Source: Macrostomum lignano
Lineage: Eukaryota
NCBI GenBank assembly: GCA_002269645.1
Contig: NIVC01000099.1
Span: 620,001 to 684,000 of the forward strand
Reading direction: 5' to 3'
Length of the DNA stretch: 64,000 bases
The notes beneath the pieces were generated by a model that saw only the letters and a program-made list of their open reading frames with translations, had not been told where the DNA came from and ran no database searches. Shown one piece after another: positions 41,401 to 53,093 of the stretch. Numbering within the stretch: position 1 is the first letter of the stretch; the number at the start of each line of letters is the position of its first letter. A program made the translations under genes and the position numbers.

Positions 41401-42553
41401 GAGTCTGACACTTGAGCACTCAGCAGAACTGGTCACACAGGAGTCTGACACTTGAGCACTCAGCAGAACTGGTCACACAGGAGTCTGACACTTGAGCACT
41501 CAGCAGAACTGGTCACACAGGAGTCTGACACTTGAGCACTCAGCAGAACTGGTCACACAGGAGTCTGACACTTGAGCACTCAGCAGAACTGGTCACACAG
41601 GAGTCTGACACTTGAGCACTCAGCAGAACTGGTCACACAGGAGTCTGACATTTGAGCACTCAGCAGAACTGGTCACACAGGAGTCTGACACTTGAGCACT
41701 CAGCAGAACTGGTCACACAGGAGTCTGACACTTGAGCACTCAGCAGAACTGGTCACACAGGAGTCTGACATTTGAGCACTCAGCGTCTCAGCAGAACAGC
41801 TCAGGATTGGTCACACAGCAGTCTGACACTTGAGCACTCAGCAGAACTGGTCACACAGGAGTCTGACACTTGAGCACTCAGCAGAACTGGTCACACAGGA
41901 GTCTGACACTTGAGCACTCAGCAGAACTAGTCACACAGGAGTCTGACACTTGAGCACTCAGCAGAACAGCTCAGGATTGGTCACACAGGAGTCTGACACT
42001 TGAGCACTCAGCAGAACAGCTCAGGATTGGTCACACAGGAGTCTGACACTTGAGCACTCAGCAGAACAGCTCAGGATTGGTCACACAGGAGTCTGACACT
42101 TAAGCACTCAGCAGAACAGCTCAGGATTGGTCACACAGGAGTCTGACACTTGAGCACTCAGCAGAACTGGTCACACAGCAGTCTGACACTTGAGCACTCA
42201 GCAGAATAGCTCAGGATTGGTCACACAGGAGTCTGACACTTGAGCACTCAACAGAACAGCTCCAGTTCACACAAAAGTCTGACACTTCTCAACATAAAAT
42301 CAAATGGCAAAATCTCCTCACCTCGAGACTCAGTCCTGACTTTTTCGCAGATTTTATTGATTGAGTCAATTGTGATGTCGCTGCTGTTCTTCTCTTTCTA
42401 GAAATGATGAGACCCATTAAAAATTAGCAGATTGGGCATTGGAATAAAAACGATGACATTCTAAGCACATGCTGAACTTACCACAGCCTTTTTCAATAAT
42501 GAATGCAGCTGTGCCAGCTTGTCCTGCAGGAGTTCTTCTTTCTGCTTGGCCAT
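35420..42553 (-). CDS. SGF29: SAGA-associated factor 29 (double tudor, H3K4me reader), 6 coding exons
   Basis: Exons 42553-42482, 42397-42322, 40943-40871, 39858-39514, 36865-36772, 35605-35420 in phase. Peptides RRGVLMSLLQEAARTLPLWVGEPG, DNWILAEV, DVDAEEGKERH, VIPLPLWKANPETNPEAIF, VLALYPQTTCFYRAL, FEDPSYPEG match known SGF29 motifs. Confidence 0.95.
35625..36705. repeat. 22-bp minisatellite (GATTCTCAGGGGCGGATTTGGC), SGF29 last intron
   Basis: Direct reading. Confidence 0.95.
37130..37430. repeat. ~66-bp degenerate tandem repeat
   Basis: GGTGCAGGGGTAAACATTTAG recurs at 37210 and 37276, and again one unit further on. Confidence 0.8.
38125..39392. repeat. 31-bp minisatellite (TGCCAGATAAAGCATGGAAACGGGACAGGGG)
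   Basis: Direct reading; ~41 units. Confidence 0.97.
40035..40370 (+). mobile_element. Full-length tRNA-derived SINE with A-tail and ~14-bp target-site duplication
   Basis: A-box-like TAGCCGAGCGGTAG, B-box GGCTCGATTCC, tail TAATAAAAAAAA. Flanks AAAGTTACTTGCGT (40021-40034) and AAAGTTAATTGCGT (40371-40384), one mismatch. Confidence 0.75.
41002..42290. repeat. 40-bp minisatellite (CAGCAGAACTGGTCACACAGGAGTCTGACACTTGAGCACT), SGF29 intron 2
   Basis: Direct reading; later units carry an added AGCTCAGGATT segment. Confidence 0.97.
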
Positions 42554-43175
42554 GTCAGACAAAATCTATTTGAATTCTAGCTTAGATGAAACTGTAAATT
42601 CCTGAAACTAAATGAAAATGTTAGACTTATGTTTTATCATGGTTACTTGACCTAACCTATAATAACAAAAATTTAATATAAAATATTCAATAACAATATC
42701 CTTATTTTATTAAGTAATTAAATATATCAACTTTTAAACTATTATATATTTTTTAATATGAATTTTGCCTGAATAAAAGTTTTTAGATTGTAACAAAAAC
42801 AAAAAATTATGATTTTTTCCTTTAGGCCAAAGAATAAAGGGTTGTTAGTTACTAAATATTTAAATACTAAAATGTATATATAACCTCTATTATTTTTTAT
42901 TGTTGAAAATTTTAGTATATAAAATAAGAGGCTTAGCCTTAGGCCAAAATATAGAAATGGCAATTTACTAAAATATACAAATTTTAGTTTTTTTTATTGG
43001 CACCTTAAAACAATTGCAAAATACAAAAGACTTTTCTGTTATATTAATTTATTAAAAAGTATATCAAAGCCTAATCATTATGCTTAATCTACTATTTAAT
43101 AGGACTAGGACTAGTTTTTATAAGCTCATTTAATATAAAGCTAAATGTATCATTAATTATTACCAATACAAAAAA

Positions 43176-43671
43176 GGCATAACTATGGTTGTGTTCGTTA
43201 TATTATTTCTTGTGTCGAATTTGTTCCAGCGCACGTAGAAATGGCTCGTTATATTATTTTAAGTTAAAAAAAGATGACCCACCACCAAAAAAGTTCAAAT
43301 TCGAGTTTGAAGTCACGAGAAAGATAATTAGACGGGATAATAGTGTGACACCCAGTAGAGAAAGTTGCCAAACACATTCTGTGGATTTAGACGGCGCCAC
43401 AGAAATTCCTGCAGATGAGTTTCAAATAGACCATCACTCGTCCCATACATGTTGCGAAACTTTGCCTTGCAATGCGCATATGTTCCCTCAATAGTGTTCG
43501 TATGAACCGTTGGGTCCTGGGGGTCCACAAAATGGAGCCAGTGGTTTACAGATGTGTGATTTGGCAGTGCATTTGTAGGAAGAGGAGCCGATGGTTGTCC
43601 AGCCATTTTTATGTAAGCTGGAACAAATTCAAAACAAGAAATAATATAATGAACGAAACCATAGTTATGCC
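43176..43671 (-). mobile_element. Non-autonomous Merlin (IS1016/ISXO2-like) DNA transposon with transposase C-terminal remnant
   Basis: 38-bp TIRs 43176-43213 and 43634-43671 (35/38 match, GG termini). Minus ORF 43328-43606 HTSVNHWLHFVDPQDPTVHTNTIEGTYAHCKAKF...HLQEFLWRR matches the ISXO2/Merlin motif VNH...F.DP..G.HT..IE..W..K. Flanks A-rich, TSD imperfect. Confidence 0.8.
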
Positions 43672-44087
43672 AAAAAAATCATTTGACACAATGTATCTTT
43701 TGTGTTATATATGCTGAGAGATATACCCTAACGGCCTAATATATATTGAAAAATGGTAAGACCCTTGTTGTATGCCAGGAAATCTTGGCATACATGTCGC
43801 CTTCTGAACTATGGGCCTTGAGTTCTTCTAGCAATAGGGCTACAATCAATGAGTTCAATTCATTATATTTATGGCTCTGGGATATCTTAAGGGAGGCTGC
43901 CTTCCTATTGGTATTAGCTTATTATATTGGCTTTGCATTTAAAGACAATTTATGCTAAAACTTACCAAAAACATAAGTGCAATTTTTTGTATGCTCAAAA
44001 GTGTCACAGTTTTTAAAGTCATTTCTATAAAAAGATAATAGGCCTATAGTTTATTGTTGTCCCAATGAAAGTCAAATAAATATTTTT

Positions 44088-44198
44088 GGTTATCTTCAAG
44101 TTTCGTTCGTTTAATTCCAACACCCACCCCCCACCACCCTTGAATAGAGGGCGAAATAATTCCGGAAATAATTAAACGAACGAAACTTGAAGATTGCT
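44088..44198. mobile_element. 111-bp Merlin-like MITE
   Basis: Perfect 25-bp IR ATCTTCAAGTTTCGTTCGTTTAATT (44092-44116 / 44170-44194). Identical 8-bp flanks ATATTTTT (44080-44087, 44199-44206). Shares GTTTCGTTC with the TIR of the 43176 element. Confidence 0.7.
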
Positions 44199-44629
44199 AT
44201 ATTTTTAAAGTTTTTCTTTTAGGCCTAGTTAATGAAAAAAAGAAAAAAATATTGAAGAAAAAGCCTTGGTGAACTAAGAACATTTGCCCATAGTCATAAC
44301 AGCATTAACTAGCATAATCCATAATATTAATCAAATTCTAATCTTACCAGCCACATTTAGTGACATTTTATTGAAAGTCTATTTCTCATATAAAAAACGT
44401 CAAATAATTCATTAGCAAAGAACACTGAAGCAAAGTACATTTTTATCGAAAATCTCGATCGATTAATTAGGCATGCATGTATATTATTTTAATTATTAAA
44501 TTAAACAAGTATACTCACTGAACTAAAATAATAATTTATATTTTTAATCTCACGCATTTGTTTCCCCATTGATATTCGCATTGATATTCAAATTTTAACA
44601 AAAGCAAAATACTAAAAGCAACCCGTAGC

Positions 44630-47600
44630 ATGAAACTTTTCACAGAGTAAACTGCAACCGTGAAACGACTATTGGTCAAGTTTCAGCTCGATATGTAACT
44701 TTGGCTCTGAGCAGGGGCGATTTTCGATGTGTTCCATTTAAAATACATGTGATTCCAAAATTCATATTGATATTCGAGTACAGGTACTTCTGCTTCACCG
44801 ATCTTGACGAAACTTTACACAGAGTAAACTGCAACCGTGAAACGACTATTGGTCAAGTTTCAGCTCGATATGTAACTTTGGCTCTGAGCAGGGGCGATTT
44901 TCGATGTGTTCCATTTAAAATACATGTGATTCCAAAATTCATATTGATATTCGAGTACAGGTACTTCTGCTTCACCGAGCTTGACGAAACTTTACACAGA
45001 GTAAACTGCAACCGTGAAACGACTATTGGTCAAGTTTCAGCTCGATATGTAACTTTGGCTTCAAGCAGGGGCGATTTTCGATGTGTTCCATTTAAAATAC
45101 ATGTGATTCCAAAATTCATATTGATATTCGAGTACAGGTACTTCTGCTTCACCGAGCTTGACGAAACTTTACACAGAGTAAACTGCAACCGTGAAACGAC
45201 TATTGGTCAAGTTTCAGCTCGATATGTAACTTTGGCTCTGAGCAGGGGCGATTTTCGATGTGTTCCATTTAAAATACATGTGATTCCAAAATTCATATTG
45301 AAATTCGAGTACAGGTACTTCTGCTTCACCGATCTTGACGAAACTTTACACAGAGTAAACTGCAACCGTGAAACGACTATTGGTCAAGTTTCAGCTCGAT
45401 ATGTATCTTTGGCTCTGAGCAGGGGCGATTTTCGATGTGTTCCATTTAAAATACATGTGATTCCAAAATTCATATTGATATTCGAGTACAGGTACTTCTG
45501 CTTCACCGAGCTTGACGAAACTTTACACAGAGTAAACTGCAACCGTGAAACGACTATTGGTCAAGTTTCAGCTCGATATGTAACTTTGGCTTCAAGCAGG
45601 GGCGATTTTCGATGTGTTCCATTTAAAATACATGTGATTCCAAAATTCATATTGATATTCGAGTACAGGTACTTCTGCTTCACCGATCTTGACGAAACTT
45701 TACACAGAGTAAACTGCAACCGTGAAACGACTATTGGTCAAGTTTCAGCTCGATATGTAACTTTGGCTCTGAGCAGGGGCGATTTTCGATGTGTTCCATT
45801 TAAAATACATGTGATTCCAAAATTCATATTGAAATTCGAGTACAGGTACTTCTGCTTCACCGATCTTGACGAAACTTTACACAGAGTAAACTGCAACCGT
45901 GAAACGACTATTGGTCAAGTTTCAGCTCGATATGTAACTTTGGCTCTGAGCAGGAGCGATTTTCGATGTGTTCCATTTAAAATACATGTGATTCCAAAAT
46001 TCATATTGATATTCGAGTACAGGTACTTCTGCTTCACCGATCTTGACGAAACTTTACACAGAGTAAACTGCAACCGTGAAACGACTATTGGTCAAGTTTC
46101 AGCTCGATATGTAACTTTGGCTCTGAGCAGGGGCGATTTTCGATGTGTTCCATTTAAAAACATGTGATTCCAAAATTCATATTGATATTCGAGTACAGGT
46201 ACTTCTGCTTCACCGATCTTGACGAAACTTTACACAGAGTAAACTGCAACCGTGAAACGACTATTGGTCAAGTTTCAGCTCGATATATAACTTTGGCTCT
46301 GAGCAGGAGCGATTTTCGATGTGTTCCATTTAAAATACATGTGATTCCAAAATTCATATTGAAATTCGAGTACAGGTACTTCTGCTTCACCGATCTTGAC
46401 GAAACTTTACACAGAGTAAACTGCAATCGTGAAACGACTATTGGTCAAGTTTCAGCTCGATATGTAACTTTGGCTCTGAGCAGGAGTGATTTTCGATGTG
46501 TTCCATTTAAAATACATGTGATTCCAAAATTCATATTGAAATTCGAGTACAGGTACTTCTGCTTCACCGATCTTGACGAAACTTTACACAGAGTAAACTG
46601 CAACCGTGAAACGACTATTGGTCAAGTTTCAGCTCGATATGTAACTTTGGCTTCAAGCAGGAGCGATTTTCGATGTGTTCCATTTAAAATACATGTGATT
46701 CCAAAATTCATATTGATATTCGAGTACAGGTACTTCTGCTTCACCGATCTTGACGAAACTTTACACAGAGTAAACTGCAACCGTGAAACGACTATTGGTC
46801 AAGTTTCAGCTCGATATGTAACTTTGGCTCTGAGCAGGGGCGATTTTCGATGTGTTCCATTTAAAATACATGTGATTCCAAAATTCATATTGAAATTCGA
46901 GTACAGGTACTTCTGCTTCACTGATCTTGACGAAACTTTACACAGAGTAAACTGCAACCGTGAAACGACTATAGGTCAAGTTTCAGCTCGATATGTAACT
47001 TTGGCTCTGAGCAGGAGCGATTTTCGATGTGTTCCATTTAAAATACATGTGATTCCAAAATTCATATTGATATTCGAGTACAGGTACTTCTGCTTCACCG
47101 ATCTTGACGAAACTTTACACAGAGTAAACTGCAACCGTGAAACGACTATTGGTCAAGTTTCAGCTCGATATATAACTTTGGCTCTGAGCAGGAGCGATTT
47201 TCGATGTGTTCCATTTAAAATACATGTGATTCCAAAATTCATATTGAAATTCGAGTACAGGTACTTCTGCTTCACCGAGCTTGACGAAACTTTACACAGA
47301 GTAAACTGCAACCGTGAAACGACTATTGGTCAAGTTTCAGCTCGATATGTAACTTTGGCTCTGAGCAGGAGCGATTTTCGATGTGTTCCATTTAAAATAC
47401 ATGTGATTCCAAAATTCATATTGATATTCGAGTACAGGTACTTCTGCTTCACCGATCTTGACGAAACTTTACACAGAGTAAACTGCAACCGTGAAACGAC
47501 TATTGGTCAAGTTTCAGCTCGATATGTAACTTTGGCTCTGAGCAGGAGCGATTTTTGATGTGTTCCGTTTAAAATACATGTGATTCCAAAAGTCATATTG

Positions 47601-47793
47601 AAATTCGAGTACAGGTACTTCTGCTTCACTGATCTTGACGAAACTTTACACAGAGTAAACTGCAACCGTGAAACGACTATTGGTCAAGTTTCAGCTCGAT
47701 ATGTAACTTTGGCTCTGAGCAGGAGCGATTTTCGATGTGTTCCATTTAAAATACATGTGATTCCAAAATTCATATTGATATTCGAGTACAGGT
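44630..47793 (+). repeat. 177-bp satellite-like array, left arm of the Foldback element
   Basis: Period measured directly (TTCATATTGA at 44761 and 44938). Confidence 0.97.
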
Positions 47794-50303
47794 GGAGGAG
47801 ATGGCGCAACGTGACACAGTGGTCATTCTCGGAGACCTGAACGCAGTTCTGCGTAGGTCCGAGCGATCGCTGTTTGTGACAGCGCGCGAGAACGGCAACA
47901 CCGGAGCGCTGGAGGACTTCCTGGAGAGACAGGACATGGTGTCGGCCAACACCAGATTCCGCAAGTCACCGGGCAGGCTCGCGACCTTCGTGGGCTGCAA
48001 GCAGAGGCGGCGGAACGCGCGCGGCCGGAACGCTACGCGGAGGCTGGCACAGCTCGACCACGTGCTTGTGCGCTTTCGTGAGTGCCGCCGCGTCACCAAC
48101 TGCCGCACCATTACGCCGCTGGCTCTGCTGTCCGATCATCGGCTGCTCATCTGCGACCTTCGACTTCGGGACCCGCTCTACCGTCCGCCAAAGCGGCCAC
48201 CGCGGCGCTACTACTGCGCGCTCAGGGACGCCGAGACGCGGCGTCGCTTTGCCGGTGCCTTTGTCACTGCGCTGGGCGACAAGTGTGGAGGAGCCGAGTA
48301 CGCGGAGGTGAGCGCTGCAGTTCGAGCCGCTGCGGAGCAAGCAGTCCCGCTGATGCGACCGGCCCAGCGCGGGCAGCCGGTCTGGCAGGACGACCCCGCG
48401 ATCGACGAAGCGAGGGAAGATCTGGAGAGGCTCCGTCTGAGTGGGCGGCAAACTCGCGAGGCGGAGGAGGCTCTGGCGGCTGTCTACCTGCAGCGGCAGC
48501 AGTCCGCTGTCGATGACGCCATCCAAGCCGTCTCTGCCGCAGGGCCCGATGCCAGAGGGCGCGTGGCCTGGTCCGTCATCAACACTCTGACGGGGCGAAA
48601 GCGGCGCATCGCGCTCAACCAAGCAGGCGACATTCCGGATGAGCGCAGGAACGAGCTGCGCGAGTTCTTCGCCGCCATTGTCAACGCGCCGCCCCCTCCG
48701 CTTCCAGAAAATCTGAGGCTGCCGCCGGAGACGCCGTTGCCGGCGGAGGAGAGCTTCAACGTTGCCCCAGTCAGCACAGCCGACGTTGTGAAGTTCGCTC
48801 GGCAGTCGCCGGGCGGCAAAGCGCTTGGTCCGGACGAGGTGCCCACCGAGGCGCTGCGGATCCACTGCGTGGCCACTGAGGTCGCCAGAGTGATGAACCG
48901 CGTGCTTTCCGGTGAGGTGGCGCCAAACGAATGGACCACGGCGCACATCGTCGCCATTCCAAAGAAGCCGGGCACCACCAAGCTCGAGGAGCATCGAGGC
49001 ATCTGCCTACAGTCCTGCGCCGCGAAGCTGTTCAACCGCATGCTGCTATCGCGGTTACAGCCTGTGCTGGACCCGTACCTGCGACCTGAGCAGAACGGAT
49101 TCCGGCCCCATCGCGGCACAGTGACGCAGATCCTGGCTCTTCGGCGAGTCATCGAGGAGGCGCGCATCCGCCAGTTGACCCTGATCCTGATCTTCGTCGA
49201 TTTCAGGAAGGCCTTCGACTCGGTCGTGAGGGACGCGCTCCCAGAGGTGCTCCGTGCGTACAACGTGCCAGACCTGCTGATTTCTGCTGTCATGGCGCTA
49301 TACCACGGCACGACGGCTGCTGTCTCAACACCGGACGGCCTATCGGATTTCTTCGAGACATCCTCCGGGGTGCTCCAGGGAGATACGCTAGAGCCGTTCC
49401 TATTTATTCTGGTGCTTGACTGGGTGCTACGGACTGCTCTGCCTTCCAACGACGACAGCTTCCTGCTGCGGCGACGCGTGGGTCGACGCCAACCGGAGAG
49501 ACGGCTCAGCGTGCTTGGCTACGCCGATGACCTCGCCCTCGAGGGCGCCCAACGACAGCTGGATAGACTGGTTGCCGTTGCAACGAGCGTCGGCCTGGTG
49601 GTCAACACGCAGAAGACCGTCGTGCTATGCGTGCCGGACGACACCGAGGCTGCAATCTTCTGCCGAGGCGCTGACGGACAGGCGAGTGAGCTTCCAAGAT
49701 GTCAGCAGTTCGTCTACCTCGGCGGTCTGGTTCCCGACGTCCGCGAGGATCTGCGGCGTCGCCGAGGACTTGCCTGGGCTGCCTTTCGTTCTATAAGGTC
49801 AGTCTTGCAGTCCGAGGCCCTACCGGACCGCCAGAGGGCGGCGCTGTTCCAGGCGGTGATCGAGACCGTCCTGTTATACAACGCCGAGACCTGGACGCTG
49901 ATAGACTCGCTCGAGGCTCAAGTCGACGCGGCGCACGCTGGCCTGCTGCGCGCCGCCTTCAAGATCGGCAACGAGCGAGTCACCAACACGGCGCTCTATC
50001 ATCGCGCCGGCCTGGCCCGTCCTAGCGATCTGCTGCGCCGTCGGCGACTCCAGCTGGCAGGCCACGTCATCCGCGCCGAAGCCTACTGTCCGGAGCCGGT
50101 GCAGGAGGTGCTGCTACTTACGTTGCAGGCACCCTACCGGCGGGGACAGGCGAGGACTCGGCGCTACGTCGACTGTCTGCTGGCTGACGCCGGCGCCCCG
50201 GACTCTGCCGGCGGTGCGGCCTTTGTTCGCGCCAAAGCTTCGAAGCGCGCCATCTGACGCTGCTTTTGCGAACTGGCAGCGTACTCTGTTGTTGTTGTTG
50301 TTG
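47794..50303 (+). mobile_element. 5'-truncated RTE-like non-LTR retrotransposon (partial AP endonuclease + reverse transcriptase ORF 47792-50257)
   Basis: EN motifs GDLNA, DHVLV, SDH. RT motifs GPDEVP, RGICLQSCAAKLF, EQNGFRPHR, FVDFRKAFDSV, GVLQGD, YADDLAL. Short 3' UTR ending in (TTG)n. Single-ORF structure with a microsatellite tail fits the RTE clade. Confidence 0.92.
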
Positions 50304-52025
50304 TTTGGAATCACATGTATTTTAAATGCAACACATCGAAAATCGCTCCTGCTCAGAGCCAAAGTTACATATCGAGCTGAAACTTGACCAATAGTCGTTT
50401 CACGGTTGCAGTTTACTCTGTGTAAAGTTTCGTCAAGATCAGTGAAGCAGAAGTACCTGTACTCGAATATCAATATGAATTTTGGAATCACATGTATTTT
50501 AAATGGAACACATCGAAAATCGCCCCTGCTCAGAGCCAAAGTTATATATCGAGCTGAAACTTGACCAATAGTCGTTTCACGGTTGCAGTTTACTCTGTGT
50601 AAAGTTTCGTCAAGATCGGTGAAGCAGAAGTACCTGTACTCGAATATCAATATGAATTTTGGAATCACATGTATTTTAAATGGAACACATCGAAAATCGC
50701 CCCTGCTCAGAGCCAAAGTTACATATCGAGCTGAAACTTGACCAATAGTCGTTTCATTGTTGCAGTTTACTCTGTGTAAAGTTTCGTCAAGATCGGTGAA
50801 GCAGAAGTACCTGTACTCGAATATCAATATGAATTTTGGAATCACATGTATTTTAAATGGAACACATCGAAAATCGCCCCTGCTCAGAGCCAAAGTTACA
50901 TATCGAGCTGAAACTTGACCAATAGTCGTTTCATTGTTGCAGTTTACTCTGTGTAAAGTTTCGTCAAGATCGGTGAAGCAGAAGTACCTGTACTCGAATA
51001 TCAATATGAATTTTGGAATCACATGTATTTTAAATGGAACACATCGAAAATCGCCCCTGCTCAGAGCCAAAGTTACATATCGAGCTGAAACTTGACCAAT
51101 AGTCGTTTCATTGTTGCAGTTTACTCTGTGTAAAGTTTCGTCTAGATCGGTGAAGCAGAAGTACCTGTACTCGAATATCAATATGAATTTTGGAATCACA
51201 TGTATTTTAAATGGAACACATCGAAAATCGCTCCTGCTCAGAGCCAAAGTTACATATCGAGCTGAAACTTGACCAATAGTCGTTTCACGGTTGCAGTTTA
51301 CTCTGTGTAAAGTTTCGTCTAGATCGGTGAAGCAGAAGTACCTGTACTCGAATATCAATATGAATTTTGGAATCACATGTTTTTTAAATGGAACACATCG
51401 AAAATCGCCCCTGCTCAGAGCCAAAGTTACATATCGAGCTGAAACTTGACCAATAGTCGTTTCACGGTTGCAGTTTACTCTGTGTAAAGTTTCGTCAAGA
51501 TCGGTGAAGCAGAAGTACCTGTACTCGAATATCAATATGAATTTTGGAATCACATATATTTTAAATGGAACACATCGAAAATCGCCCCTGCTCAGAGCCA
51601 AAGTTATATATCGAGCTGAAACTTGACCAATAGTCGTTTCACGGTTGCAGTTTACTCTGTGTAAAGTTTCGTCAAGATCGGTGAAGCAGAAGTACCTGTA
51701 CTCGAATATCAATATGAATTTTGGAATCACATGTATTTTAAATGGAACACATCGAAAATCGCCCCTGCTCAGAGCCAAAGTTACATATCGAGCTGAAACT
51801 TGACCAATAGTCGTTTCACGGTTGCAGTTTACTCTGTGTAAAGTTTCGTCAAGATCGGTGAAGCAGAAGTACCTGTACTCGAATATCAATATGAATTTTG
51901 GAATCACATGTATTTTAAATGGAACACATCGAAAATCGCCCCTGCTCAGAGCCAAAGTTACATATCGAGCTGAAACTTGACCAATAGTCGTTTCACGGTT
52001 GCAGTTTACTCTGTGAAAAGTTTCA
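50304..52025 (-). repeat. 177-bp satellite-like array, right (inverted) arm of the Foldback element
   Basis: Reverse complement of the 44630-47793 unit. Confidence 0.97.
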
Positions 52026-53093
52026 TGCTACGGGTTGATTTTAGTATTTTGCTTTTGTTAAAATTTGAATATCAATGCGAATATCAATGGGGAAACAAAT
52101 GCGTTTTAATCTCAGTAAAAGTCGAGATTTGAATTTTGGTTTTCAAATTTTGTTACATGTACTATAACTCATAAAAATAAAAACTTGAACTTATGTTCCA
52201 AAAAATAATATAACACTATAATGATAAATGAACATTTCTTTTCTTAAGCTTTATTTATGTTTAAAAATATGTTTAAACCAGAACTTCTCTTTCTATTTTT
52301 TCGCCAGTTTAAAAATAGAATAACAATTTCGGACTGTTTCTCTTATTATTTCTGAACTTATACTTTACGTGGTTACGTCGACTGCTTAAATTGTTGTCAG
52401 GCTCACCGTGTAGCGTTCGTGATTGTGAACTTGCTTAGACACCTGATAAGTCTTTAATTACATTTTTCAAGGATCATGCTCTTCGTCTTCGACAATCGAC
52501 TTCAATGGTTTCAATCAAACAGCATTGAATAGGCCTAGGCCCTACGACTGAAAAAAGACGACTTTTAAACTAGGCCTAGGCCCTATGTTCTTGTTGCAAG
52601 AATGAACTGTTGCCAAAGTTATTGGCGACCTTTAACACAAGTTCCAGAGTCAGACAAGGCATGAAAAAAGGGTTATCAATATTAAGTAATATACAATTGA
52701 TCACTTTTGGAGCTATAGGCCCTAGGCCTAATAGAAATGCATCGATAGACACTTGTGTTTGCAAGTGCGCAGGCAGTTAAACTTTGATCCTACATGAGCT
52801 GATGAGCAGCTGCTAGCTGCATAGAATACTAGAAACACATTTTCATGCTCATTGATGGGCATAGTTAGGCCTAGGCTTAACCTAACTTTATTAGGTTATT
52901 TGTTATTCTTTGAGATATAAAAGAGTTTTTGTTTTATGCAGTTTTGATTTTGCAGTTTATAATTTTGGCTCTGCCCAAGGTTGTCATATTCTATATTGTC
53001 ATATATAGTTTACAAGGAAAGCAACTAAACTAAATTATCTAAATTGTTATTAATATTAATCTCAGCATTTTATGCTGAATGAATATAAAGAAA

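Larger units (their letters stand above)
44552..52104. mobile_element. Foldback-type (MULE/FB-like) element, 7553 bp, arms made of inverted 177-bp tandem arrays
   Basis: Termini ACGCATTTGTTTCCCCATTG / CAATGGGGAAACAAATGCGT are perfect reverse complements. 9-bp TSD TTTAATCTC at 44543-44551 and 52105-52113. Left arm 44552-47793 (~18 units), right arm 50304-52104 (~10 units, opposite orientation). Confidence 0.9.

Noticed and set aside
47966-50065. Long antisense and alternate-frame ORFs over the RTE
   Set aside because: Shadow ORFs of a GC-rich coding sequence with no recognisable motifs.
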